From the IMG/VR virus record IMGVR_UViG_3300034105_004634: DNA of 20,000 nucleotides. One strand, written 5' to 3'. This document shows positions 1 to 8,272 of the stretch, in pieces. The translations under genes were made by a program, and so were the position numbers. The stretch comes from an uncultured virus (IMG/VR IMGVR_UViG_3300034105_004634) (lineage: Duplodnaviria > Heunggongvirae > Uroviricota > Caudoviricetes). The notes below the pieces were generated by a model. It did no database searches, was not told the origin of the DNA, and saw only the letters and a list, made by a program, of their open reading frames with translations. Numbering within the stretch: the stretch's first letter is position 1; every line of letters begins with the position of its first letter.

Positions 1-399
1 TCTTCTGATATATTGCCAAAGAAAATTTAATCCCTTGGAATAATCCTTAGCTGTTTTAAATGGCGATTGGAATTTTTTTATATCGTTACCGTTTCCTTCT
101 TTTACTTCCTTAGATTTTATTGGATTATATCTTCTTACCGTTCCTGACGGATGTATAGTATAGAAAATGTCACCATGTCCAAGTTCTTTTTGTTTTTTTA
201 CACTTCTAACAAACTTAAGCGTGTTATTAAGCTCCTGTTGATGGGAAGTGTCCTCATCAAATCCAAGGGACAATAGCCTCCTATATTCCCTAGATTTTCT
301 TACTCTGTCTAATTCAATTTCCCTTCTATATTCGGTTTTATATTCATATTCGGGTGAATATGATTTAAAATCCAGAAGATGTTTCATCTGCTTTTTCAT
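1..399 (-). CDS. Hypothetical protein, truncated by the window edge (MKKQMKHLLDFKSYSPEYE...FLWQYIRR), possible capsid-internal protein
   Basis: Not in the ORF track. Manual translation gives an open frame from ATG 399 (alternative ATG 387) to position 1, starting 1 nt after the upstream stop codon. The N-terminus resembles the leader motif shared by neighbouring genes. Confidence 0.8.
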   Translation of the reverse strand, partial: MKKQMKHLLDFKSYSPEYEYKTEYRREIELDRVRKSREYRRLLSLGFDEDTSHQQELNNTLKFVRSVKKQKELGHGDIFYTIHPSGTVRRYNPIKSKEVKEGNGNDIKKFQSPFKTAKDYSKGLNFLWQYIRR

Positions 400-400
400 C

Positions 401-769
401 CTACTTATCAGAAAGCCAGTCTCTATAATCCTTAAGATTCGATAGATTCTTTTTACCTTTTTTTATTTGTTTTGAATCTGGATCCAAAAATGGAACTATC
501 TTACCTGGTCCCTTAGGTTGAAACTTTGGAATTGTTGGGGATCCGACAGGTTCAAGACTAATAGGAAGATCCATCTCGTCAACATGATCAGGAAGTTTCT
601 TATGCTTAGTTGATGCATAAGCTTTGAGCTCTTTCTCGGTCATACTCTTTGATAATTTTACTATTTCGTCTCTATATTTCGGATCAAGATCGGATGGTGA
701 CAATTCGCCAATCCTAATTGCATACGCTTGTCCAAAAAGTGCTTGTTGTGCTTTACTTACTGCTGACAT
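401..769 (-). CDS. DUF3008-like small phage protein with C-terminal extension
   Basis: The pattern SKAQQ...SMTEKELKAYASTKHKKLPDHV matches my recollection of DUF3008-family proteins. Confidence 0.7.
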   Translation of the reverse strand: MSAVSKAQQALFGQAYAIRIGELSPSDLDPKYRDEIVKLSKSMTEKELKAYASTKHKKLPDHVDEMDLPISLEPVGSPTIPKFQPKGPGKIVPFLDPDSKQIKKGKKNLSNLKDYRDWLSDK

Positions 770-772
770 CGA

Positions 773-1051
773 TTATTTTATTTTTTTCCATTTTGGTTGA
801 AATTGATCTACCATCGCTGAATGTATAAGCTGTGGAGTATTTGATTTATACCATTTATTTATAACGTATATGTAATTATCCATATTTCCTGCAGGTATTA
901 TCTCAACAACATCATATTTCTTTGATACTTCACCGTGCATTGGCTCAGTAATAATTTCACCTATAACTTCCATCTTTGTTACGTCACCGCCACTATATCT
1001 GGGCACGATATCCTCATTCAAAAAAGAAACAAATGATTTTACATTTCTCAT
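773..1051 (-). CDS. Hypothetical protein, probable capsid-internal protein (start revised to ATG 1051)
   Basis: The ORF track starts at TTG 1069, inside terminator/promoter sequence. ATG 1051 gives MRNVKSFVSFLNE, a capsid-targeting-like leader. Confidence 0.75.
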   Translation of the reverse strand: MRNVKSFVSFLNEDIVPRYSGGDVTKMEVIGEIITEPMHGEVSKKYDVVEIIPAGNMDNYIYVINKWYKSNTPQLIHSAMVDQFQPKWKKIK

Positions 1052-1055
1052 AGTG

Positions 1056-1063
1056 TATATATC
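1056..1063 (-). promoter_or_regulatory. GATATATA motif, candidate late promoter
   Basis: Exact 8-mer that recurs in four intergenic positions (1056, 5914, 12264, 16385), each on the coding strand just upstream of a start codon. Confidence 0.6.
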
Positions 1064-1067
1064 AAAC

Positions 1068-1099
1068 AAAAAAAGGACTTATAAATATAAGTCCTTTTT
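1068..1099 (-). terminator. Intrinsic terminator overlapping the stop codon of the 86-aa gene
   Basis: Perfect 14-bp inverted repeat AAAAAGGACTTATA-nn-TATAAGTCCTTTTT (1070-1099), ending in a U7 tract on the minus strand. Confidence 0.75.
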
Positions 1100-1339
1100 C
1101 TTTTTTTCCCATTCGTCATCTGACATTGGTTTCTTATTAAGATCCCAATTTGTATCCGGATTGATTATCTTCTTCTTCTTTTTATACCAATCTCCAAATG
1201 TCCATATAAATCTATTATATCCCTTACCTACAGTAGCAAATCCAGTGTCCCCTGGTTGTATAGCTATTGGAGATTGTGGCGGAACATAGGAGCTGGTATC
1301 TGCTGATTTAGATTGAGTCTTCGTATCTTTCTTTGTCAT
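1079..1339 (-). CDS. Hypothetical lysine-rich protein, 86 aa
   Basis: ORF in the operon orientation, followed by a terminator; overlaps the upstream gene by 32 nt. Confidence 0.7.
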   Translation of the reverse strand: MTKKDTKTQSKSADTSSYVPPQSPIAIQPGDTGFATVGKGYNRFIWTFGDWYKKKKKIINPDTNWDLNKKPMSDDEWEKKKKDLYL

Positions 1340-1541
1340 ATATGACTGTTTCTATTTTTGTTTTTGTAACCTGGATGGTTTCAAAAGCTCCTAGTGTTCC
1401 CTCCATATAAGACGCAACTTTCGTTTCCACGTCTAATACAGATTCTGCTGAAACTAGGAATTGAGATATAGTATAAACTGGATCTCCATTCTTTTTAACT
1501 TCTCCTGATTCAAATCTTACTTTTGCTAAGTAGTAGCTCAT
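1308..1541 (-). CDS. DUF4494-like protein
   Basis: The pattern YYLAKVRF...NG.......QFLVSAESVLDVE.KV..YM......F....V.KTKI..VI resembles DUF4494, found in Bacteroidota and their phages. Confidence 0.7.
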   Translation of the reverse strand: MSYYLAKVRFESGEVKKNGDPVYTISQFLVSAESVLDVETKVASYMEGTLGAFETIQVTKTKIETVIYDKERYEDSI

Positions 1542-1566
1542 GTTATGTTTTTTTAAAAATTAATAA

Positions 1567-1746
1567 TTAAGCCTCTTTGTTTTTAGTGTCTTGCACTTCA
1601 GTTCTTACTTCTTGTGCAAGTGCTTTTAATTCCTGCATAGCTTTTCTAACTCTAGTACCAGCTGCACTATTTCCTTTACTGAAGAATTTTTCAGCATCAC
1701 CTTGTGTTTGCTCTAATAGAGCCTTAATTTGTTCGAATTTTTCCAT
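1567..1746 (-). CDS. Histone H1-like (Hc1-family) small DNA-binding protein, 59 aa
   Basis: Missed by the ORF track. Translation MEKFEQIKALLEQTQGDAEKFFSKGNSAAGTRVRKAMQELKALAQEVRTEVQDTKNKEA contains the Hc1 signature KGN.AAGTR.RK. Confidence 0.8.
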   Translation of the reverse strand: MEKFEQIKALLEQTQGDAEKFFSKGNSAAGTRVRKAMQELKALAQEVRTEVQDTKNKEA

Positions 1747-1769
1747 TTTAATTTTAATTTTAATTTATT

Positions 1770-1797
1770 ATTATACAAGATTTTTTTAAAAAGTTCC
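1770..1797 (-). promoter_or_regulatory. Candidate promoter for the Hc1-like gene (GAACTT-N15-TATAAT)
   Basis: Perfect TATAAT at 1775-1770 within a 52-nt intergenic gap, with GGAACTT upstream and AAAATT repeats before the ATG. Confidence 0.4.
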
Positions 1798-1798
1798 C

Positions 1799-2344
1799 TT
1801 ATCTGCTTATAATTAATGATTTTTTGCTAGATCCTTCCTGAACTGACCAATTTTTACCAAGTTGTGATAAACATATGGATTTCATATATTCAATATATTC
1901 TCCCTTACCCTTATAAACCAGATTATTCTGGATCTCGTCATATATTCGGGTAACCTTAGAATTTAGAGAAAGATAATCAAGAACGCATTTGAATGTATGT
2001 TCCATTAATCTGGAAAGCTCATTACCATCGAGTATAAATTCGGTTGAATCGGGTGCTGGTATATCCTCCTTATTGATAGCAATATCCTCGATAAGTTCAT
2101 GACCCACTTGATTTATATTAAGAACGCAATAGGAATTTTTAGCTCCGTCTATAGGTTCATTTTCCGAATATTTTCCTATGATAAGGTGGTAACCCATTTC
2201 ATACTCCTCATCCTCGCTATCAAGACTAAAGAAATAGTGGTATATGTCACCCACCTTTTTCATCAGAAATTCTGAAGTACCAAACCCATCACTTTCATTA
2301 ACTGGGTTTGTAAATTGATCAAACGTTTCAATAAACTTTTGCAT
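1799..2344 (-). CDS. Hypothetical acidic protein, 181 aa, probable capsid-internal protein
   Basis: Long ORF starting 4 nt after the upstream gene; leader MQKFIETFDQFTNPVNE. Confidence 0.8.
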   Translation of the reverse strand: MQKFIETFDQFTNPVNESDGFGTSEFLMKKVGDIYHYFFSLDSEDEEYEMGYHLIIGKYSENEPIDGAKNSYCVLNINQVGHELIEDIAINKEDIPAPDSTEFILDGNELSRLMEHTFKCVLDYLSLNSKVTRIYDEIQNNLVYKGKGEYIEYMKSICLSQLGKNWSVQEGSSKKSLIISR

Positions 2345-2348
2345 TTTA

Positions 2349-4382
2349 TTATTGGTTATTTTTTATTATCTCTTGTGTTTCGGATTCAGCTACAAGGTTG
2401 GAATCATGAAAAATAATTTCTTCCTCCTCCTTAATACCATTTCCTCTTTGTGCATCTATTAAAGAATTATACACATTAGCAACCGCTTGTGGTACTAGTT
2501 TTTTAAATCCCGTATAATCCTCAGATTCTATTTTTTTCCTAACGTCGCTTCCGCTCGATGATCTTTTTGTTTGAATTATCTTTATATCGTCTGGAAAATC
2601 ACCACCTGTCTTTTTAAGATATTCCGCTTGCTTATTGTAGTCTTCTATCCTATCGTCACCAGCTGCTATGCTTTTAGTTAGAAATCCATATTCCTTAGCT
2701 TTCCCATATATGGGTCCAAGAAGGCCTCTATTAACAACAAAATAACCAGATATTTTTCCAGGATTATCCCTTACAATTCCCTCCATATAGCGTGATATTA
2801 ATTTTTCGTCATATGGGGATTTGCCTGATTTGTTATGTCCAGGATGAACAACCGCAATTATACTAGGAAGATCATTTTCCTTGTATAACTGATCAACCAT
2901 TTTCATGTGTCCATTATGGAAAGGTTGGAATCTACCAACAAGCAAATTAACAGGTTCCAATTTGTTTTTATCAGTTTCACCTTCCTCCTTTATTTCTTTC
3001 GATTTATCTTTTTTAGTGGTATCAATAGTCTCCAGTGTGGAAATAAATTCATTGTATGAATAGAAAGGATCATCTACATCCTCTAATTCATCGCCGGATT
3101 CATCTAATTCTGAAGTTACATAATCTATTTTCTTAGAAGATAAATTACTTTTCTTAAAATCCATGAATGATGGTACAGACTCAGATTCTTGTATACTTGG
3201 TTTTCTATTATCAGTAACAATTCTTTCTATGTTACTAACTACTATATTGAATTGATCTATTATGCCAGTAGTTATTATTCCGCTAGCTCTTTTTCTTATC
3301 TTTCTGAATGAATTAAGCATGAGCTTAAACAATGACTCGTAGGAGTCATCAGTGTCCAGATATTTAAGGACTCTTTTATCCTTTATCATATCCAGATTAA
3401 GTCTAAATTCATCCTTCCTTAAGTAATCGGGTTCTTGAAAATCCGCTCCTCTGTATTTATATGCATATTCACCGAGAAATTTAACAAAAACATCAGAAAT
3501 AAAGGAGATGTATCTCTCATCATCAGTATCACCAGAAACATTAAAACTTTCAACGCCCTCCTCGAGTATAAAATTCATTATGTCCATTATGGTAAGGCCC
3601 AGAAAATCACTAGGCTTTTCCTCTGATTTTTTATTATATTTTTCCTTGGCCATCTCGGTAAAAACAGGATCGACCATTTTTGATAATATAGGTTCTTTAC
3701 CATTATCGCCCTCTCCAAATCTGAAAACTATACCCTCTATTGGTTTATCGAGATCATTATTAAGAGCACTCGTTTTAGCTTCCGGATTAAGAACACCTAT
3801 TATGTACCTAACAAAACTTTTTGTTTTAAATTCCGATACAAGATCACCAAAGGGGGTTCTAAGAAAATCAAGTATCTGATTTTTCTGATCATCAGTTAGC
3901 ATACCCTGAAATACTATAGGTGGTCTTTCCACGCCAAGTATATCTGCCCAATTATTTAGCTGTTCCTGATCCTGTATAGTGGATGCTGGTTTACCGTTAT
4001 CGTTCTTAGTGTGGACATAAGACAATATAAGATTATTCTTTGGTAATCTATCATATGCTATTTCAACCGGCTGATTATTGGAAAAATACTCAAGTCCAAA
4101 TCTCCATCCTCTTGGGATCTCTCTAAGAATATGAGGGGGTAAGGACTCTATATAGTTTATTGGTTTTTCGTAATATTTCATTAATGTACGATCAACAAGA
4201 GTTATAGGATATCTCTGATCCCTCTTATAAAAATTAAATCTACCGGTTTCAATGTTTCTCTCAAAAACAAAAGCGGAACCATCCATTTTCTCATTAATAG
4301 TCACATAGGAGTTAAAGAGATTATCAATAAAATCTTTACCCTTTTTGTTATAAATATCATATAAATGACTAATTCCTGCCAT
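2349..4382 (-). CDS. Fusion protein: N-terminal ATP-dependent RNA-ligase-like (KxDG) domain plus C-terminal HIGH-superfamily nucleotidyltransferase (cytidyltransferase/NMNAT/CoaD-like) domain
   Basis: Ligase-type motifs: EKMDGS (I, Lys32), FYKR (Ia), GLEYF (III), IEGIVF (IV), LSKMVD (V). HIGH domain from about aa 480: GRFQPFHNGH, AGDDR, SSGSDVRK. An acidic linker separates the two. Confidence 0.8.
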   Translation of the reverse strand: MAGISHLYDIYNKKGKDFIDNLFNSYVTINEKMDGSAFVFERNIETGRFNFYKRDQRYPITLVDRTLMKYYEKPINYIESLPPHILREIPRGWRFGLEYFSNNQPVEIAYDRLPKNNLILSYVHTKNDNGKPASTIQDQEQLNNWADILGVERPPIVFQGMLTDDQKNQILDFLRTPFGDLVSEFKTKSFVRYIIGVLNPEAKTSALNNDLDKPIEGIVFRFGEGDNGKEPILSKMVDPVFTEMAKEKYNKKSEEKPSDFLGLTIMDIMNFILEEGVESFNVSGDTDDERYISFISDVFVKFLGEYAYKYRGADFQEPDYLRKDEFRLNLDMIKDKRVLKYLDTDDSYESLFKLMLNSFRKIRKRASGIITTGIIDQFNIVVSNIERIVTDNRKPSIQESESVPSFMDFKKSNLSSKKIDYVTSELDESGDELEDVDDPFYSYNEFISTLETIDTTKKDKSKEIKEEGETDKNKLEPVNLLVGRFQPFHNGHMKMVDQLYKENDLPSIIAVVHPGHNKSGKSPYDEKLISRYMEGIVRDNPGKISGYFVVNRGLLGPIYGKAKEYGFLTKSIAAGDDRIEDYNKQAEYLKKTGGDFPDDIKIIQTKRSSSGSDVRKKIESEDYTGFKKLVPQAVANVYNSLIDAQRGNGIKEEEEIIFHDSNLVAESETQEIIKNNQ

Positions 4383-4405
4383 AATTACCTTCTTAATGTT
4401 TATTA

Positions 4406-5341
4406 TTATATTCTATTAACCTCAGTAGGTATTTCTAGTCCAACCCTCTGTAAAAATTCCAGAAATCTCTCCCTTATTTCCGGTAATTTATCCTTTAATT
4501 CAAAATCGGGAGAAATTATTATATTAAATAGTTGTTCAAATGTTTTAACATCATCAGTTGTATAACTCTTACCCAATGCAAAATCTATAAATTCCTGAGG
4601 ATCATTAGTAACAAATCTTTCGCTACCTTCTATCTTCTTGGGATTTTTTAGTCTATCCTTTATCTTTCCCTTATATGATTTAGTATGCCAGAATAGTCCA
4701 TCACTCAATATTAAAACCGGTGTATTGTAGTCCAATATCTCCCCAGCCTCGTCTCTGTCCATTATTTCCTTTCTTGATGATAATATAGCTGCCAATAACC
4801 AATTTCTATGAGCCGATTTATATTTACTCTCACCTATTTTGTAATTTGGAGAATAGTATATAAAATCTGCCCATTTCATATCTGATAACGGTATAAGATC
4901 TAGCTGAACTATACCCTTACTAGGGTCACCCTCTATCGGCCAGCCGATGCTAACTATATTAAGACCTTTAAGATAATTTATTTCAGGAACAAATCCCAAT
5001 ACGGGCTCGATTTCTTTTTTTAATTTATCAAAAATAAAACCAGAGCACTCTTTTTTTTCTATACCATTAGATTGCGAGTACCAGATTGCATCATACCCAA
5101 TATCAAGATCACCCGAAGTATCATAAGGATTTTCTTTCTTGCCTATACTTCCAATAACAACATATTGCTCATTTAGTATAGCTGATTCCATACCAATAAG
5201 CGGGAAAAGTTTTTTCTGTATACTTTTTAAAGTTTCAGGAAATTCATCCTCTCTTATTCGTCTAGATGTCTTTATTGCAGCTCCTCCCTCAAATAGGGAA
5301 CTAAAAGTAGAAAAATTTAGAATACTCTTGCTCATAAGCAT
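4406..5341 (-). CDS. Pol-beta-superfamily nucleotidyltransferase
   Basis: IGSIGKK......SGDLDIG gives the hG[GS]-x-DxD signature, and VQLDL supplies the third acidic residue. Start is at 5341 or 5335. Confidence 0.75.
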   Translation of the reverse strand: MLMSKSILNFSTFSSLFEGGAAIKTSRRIREDEFPETLKSIQKKLFPLIGMESAILNEQYVVIGSIGKKENPYDTSGDLDIGYDAIWYSQSNGIEKKECSGFIFDKLKKEIEPVLGFVPEINYLKGLNIVSIGWPIEGDPSKGIVQLDLIPLSDMKWADFIYYSPNYKIGESKYKSAHRNWLLAAILSSRKEIMDRDEAGEILDYNTPVLILSDGLFWHTKSYKGKIKDRLKNPKKIEGSERFVTNDPQEFIDFALGKSYTTDDVKTFEQLFNIIISPDFELKDKLPEIRERFLEFLQRVGLEIPTEVNRI

Positions 5342-5342
5342 A

Positions 5343-5894
5343 CTATCTTTTCTTGGAGGTTTTTTTGTAATAGGTATTCATTATATCTTTAAGATAATCC
5401 CTATATATTTCTTGCTCCTTATCTTTAGGCTCAAGAGGAGTAAATTCATCACCAAAATATTTTTTACCTCTGAGAACTCCAGATCTATAAAATTCCTCTG
5501 CGTCTTTATCGGAAACATTTCTGTTTTCTATATTCTCAGACTCCCATTTTTTTATAATTTCATCTTTTCTTCTCTTGATTTCATCCTTATCGAGTTCCTT
5601 CCAGGATTTGGTATCCTCACCTGGTGAAAGAAAATCTACAATAGCAGCAGTTCCTTTAGCAAGTCCCTTAATTAATAAAGGTATAGCCATAGAAGCACTT
5701 TTTAATGTGGACATGTTATCAGGAGCATCCGAATAATAACTGGTATATTCACCATCACCCACCCCTATCTTTTCACCAATACCTCTAAGCCATCTAGTAA
5801 ATGATGTTTTTCCATGAGTCTCGTAATATTGGTTACCGTGATATGACTCCTGCATATTGGATTCGTTAAATTCAGTAAAAGATTTTATTCCCAT
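5343..5894 (-). CDS. Hypothetical protein, 183 aa, probable capsid-internal protein
   Basis: Leader MGIKSFTEFNE; first gene downstream of a GATATATA motif; contains a central apolar helix (ASMAIPLLIKGLAKGTAAIVDFL). Confidence 0.8.
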   Translation of the reverse strand: MGIKSFTEFNESNMQESYHGNQYYETHGKTSFTRWLRGIGEKIGVGDGEYTSYYSDAPDNMSTLKSASMAIPLLIKGLAKGTAAIVDFLSPGEDTKSWKELDKDEIKRRKDEIIKKWESENIENRNVSDKDAEEFYRSGVLRGKKYFGDEFTPLEPKDKEQEIYRDYLKDIMNTYYKKTSKKR

Positions 5895-5913
5895 TAGTTA
5901 AAAAATGTTTTTC

Positions 5914-5921
5914 TATATATC
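5914..5921 (-). promoter_or_regulatory. GATATATA motif, candidate late promoter
   Basis: Lies in the 38-nt gap between uvsW and the 183-aa gene, 19 nt upstream of the ATG. Confidence 0.6.
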
Positions 5922-5932
5922 CTCAATATAAA

Positions 5933-7476
5933 TTAAAGTTTAACGTTATATAATCTATATTCAAAACCTTCCTTCTTATAAATTTCTATCCTCTCAAGAC
6001 TATGCTTAGTCAGATAACTTTTATACTTTCCTGTACTAAAATCATCGACGAAATCTATAACATTAACTTTTTCTTTCCCCTCCATCTTACGCATACCTCT
6101 ACCTAAACTTTGTTTTATAAGTATCTCGCTTTTATATGACTCAACCAGAAATATATTATGCAAGTTGTTTATTGATATACCAGTGGAGAATGTTCCATAT
6201 GTCGCAATTAGGACCTTATTAGCGCCAACTGACATTCTTCTCTTATATTCCTCTCTCAATGCTTCACTAGTGTCGCCATCGACATAAAAAGCCTCCCTAT
6301 CGCCATTAAGTTCTCTGAGAAGATTCCATATCTGCTTTCCATATTCCTCTTTCACTGATTGGAATAGAACTAAAGAATTCTTGGATGTCTTATTGATAAA
6401 ATCTGTAATATAGTTCAATCTAACTCTGCTTTCTATTACCAGTTTTCTTTCCAAATTATAGATTTCATTACCCTCCACGTTATTATCGCTAAGTTTCAGA
6501 TCTGCAAGTTTGTTTTTATAAACTGGATCTAACCAATCCATAACAACCACCTTTATTGATACAGGGGTTGCATATCCATTATCAAAAAGAAAACTTGGTG
6601 GTATCTCCATAACCAAAGGACCAAGAAATTGCTGTATTGTTAGGTAATCTGCGGTTCCTTTCTTTGTTAATGTACCGGTTAGTCCAAATCTCCATTTGGA
6701 ATGCATACATTGAGAAACTATCTTCTTTATAGATGCACTATTGCTATGATGTGCCTCGTCAACAAATACGCAATCAACTTCCTCAAAAAAATCGGATTCT
6801 CTCTTAACTAAAGATTGATAAGTACCTATTATTATATCGCATCCGTCCTTAATCTTACTTCCTCCCCCTATTTGTTGGATCTTAACACTATCCAGCTTAT
6901 CAAGACCATACTCTTCGAAATCGTCATTACCCTGAAAAACAAGATTTGAATTAGGAACTATCATTAGTATTTTTCTAACCATTCCTTTGGATTTAAGATA
7001 AGCGAATATCATAAATGATATAAGGGTTTTACCTGACGATGTTGCTACTTCGGAAACTGAATATCTATATCTTATTATTTTCCATGCAGTTTCTATCTGG
7101 TAATCTCTAGGCATCTTATCTGGATTTCCTCCTATTCCTCCATCAAAAAATTCATTAACCCACAGGGTAAAACTTTCAAGAGTAATAGTATTAGATACTA
7201 TTTCATCCAATCCATCTATTTTAATGTCTATCCTGTATTTTTCACCAATATCCAATACCTCCTTCCATAAACCAATGGGTACTCTCCAAATAGGCCCCTT
7301 TTTATCTACAAAGCAGATATCGCCATTCCATATTTTTTTTTTTTCACCAAGGGGTGGAAAAAATGATTGTGAATTTTCTGTGTTAAAGAAATCCCCAATT
7401 GATTTTTTTCCACCTCCTCAGTGTATTCTCTCAATATTAAAAACTGAGAGTCTGATGAGATTTCAAATCTTAACAT
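5933..7476 (-). CDS. uvsW: UvsW-like SF2 DNA helicase, split by a frameshift at A12 (7333-7344)
   Basis: Motifs PRDYQ, TSSGKT, DEAH, GLTGT, TFSTGISI and QSLGRGMR. A UvsW-type N-terminus (MLRFEISSDSQ...FHPLVKKK / IWNGDICF...PIGLW, compare T4 WDGRIRL...PFGL) begins at ATG 7476 in a different frame. Joined length is about 513-514 aa. Confidence 0.9.
7333..7344 (-). repeat. A12 homopolymer at the uvsW frame junction
   Basis: 12 consecutive T on the plus strand, the longest run I saw in the window. A10 or A13 would restore the frame. Confidence 0.9.
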
Positions 7477-7487
7477 ATTTTTTTATT

Positions 7488-8258
7488 TTAATTTATTGTC
7501 ATATTCCATTCAGATATAGTATTATTTCTTACTTTACCACGATCAACATTAAAATATCTAGCACACTGAGAAATATTATTGAAATATAACTGCTCCGTCC
7601 CATCTATCCTAATAGCATCAACACTTTTTGAATGCTTTTGTTTTCTATTTATATTACTTATTTTTAATTTATCTTTGCTTTCGACTGAGACTGAATGCCC
7701 TCTAAGCCCATCCGATATTTTTTTCCTATGTTCATCCCTTAAATTAATACCAATTTTAGATTCCGACATCCTCTTTTTTGTTTCATCGGTAAACTTTATT
7801 CCAATTCTAGATTCCGACATTTTCTTTCTCGTCTCATCGGTAATATTTTTATTCTTTCCCTTATTAGCTTCAGATATTCTTTTTTTATGATACTCAGTAA
7901 GTTTTGTTCCATGTCTAAATGCGTTCTCGCCAACATACTTTCCTTTCAAAGTATCTGATATTTTTTTAGATATTTCTGGACTTGTCATAAAAAGAGAACC
8001 ACCGCCGGAAAGATTATAACCAATTTTTGGATTTCTTGAATCAAGTTCTTTGATCCAGAATATCTCAATTCTATTTAATTCTCTATAATCAGAACCATTA
8101 TAATATTCTATAATATCCTTTTTAAAATTTTCAATACCAAATTCACTTATTGCTTCTTTAATTAAAATTCCGCTGCCGTAGTAATTTGGATTATAATTTT
8201 TTTCCTGTCCAATATAAATCAGCCCATTAAGTAGATTTGTTATTTTATAAACATTCAT
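7488..8258 (-). mobile_element. Free-standing GIY-YIG homing endonuclease (Seg-like) with NUMOD3 repeats
   Basis: VYKITN....IYIGQ, YYGSG, E..WI and GYNL catalytic motifs, followed by repeated (H/T).(E)TRKKMSE..(G) units. Inserted between uvsY and uvsW with 14-nt and 11-nt gaps. Confidence 0.9.
7750..7845. repeat. Imperfect 51-bp tandem duplication encoding NUMOD3 units
   Basis: ccaatt(t/c)tagattccgacat...catcggtaa begins at both 7750 and 7801, encoding TDETRKKMSESRIGIKF and TDETKKRMSESKIGINL. Confidence 0.8.
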
Positions 8259-8272
8259 ATCACAAAAATAAT

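Noticed and set aside
1080..1087. T4 late promoter consensus TATAAATA
   Set aside because: It is on the non-coding strand and is explained by the terminator inverted repeat.
1335..1346. 12-bp palindrome GTCATATATGAC over the start codon of the 86-aa gene
   Set aside because: Single AT-rich occurrence inside overlapping coding sequence; may be chance.
7256..8272. Group I intron in uvsW carrying the GIY-YIG ORF
   Set aside because: The missing uvsW N-terminus lies directly at 7345-7476, and the endonuclease has only 11-14 nt flanks, too little for a ribozyme core.
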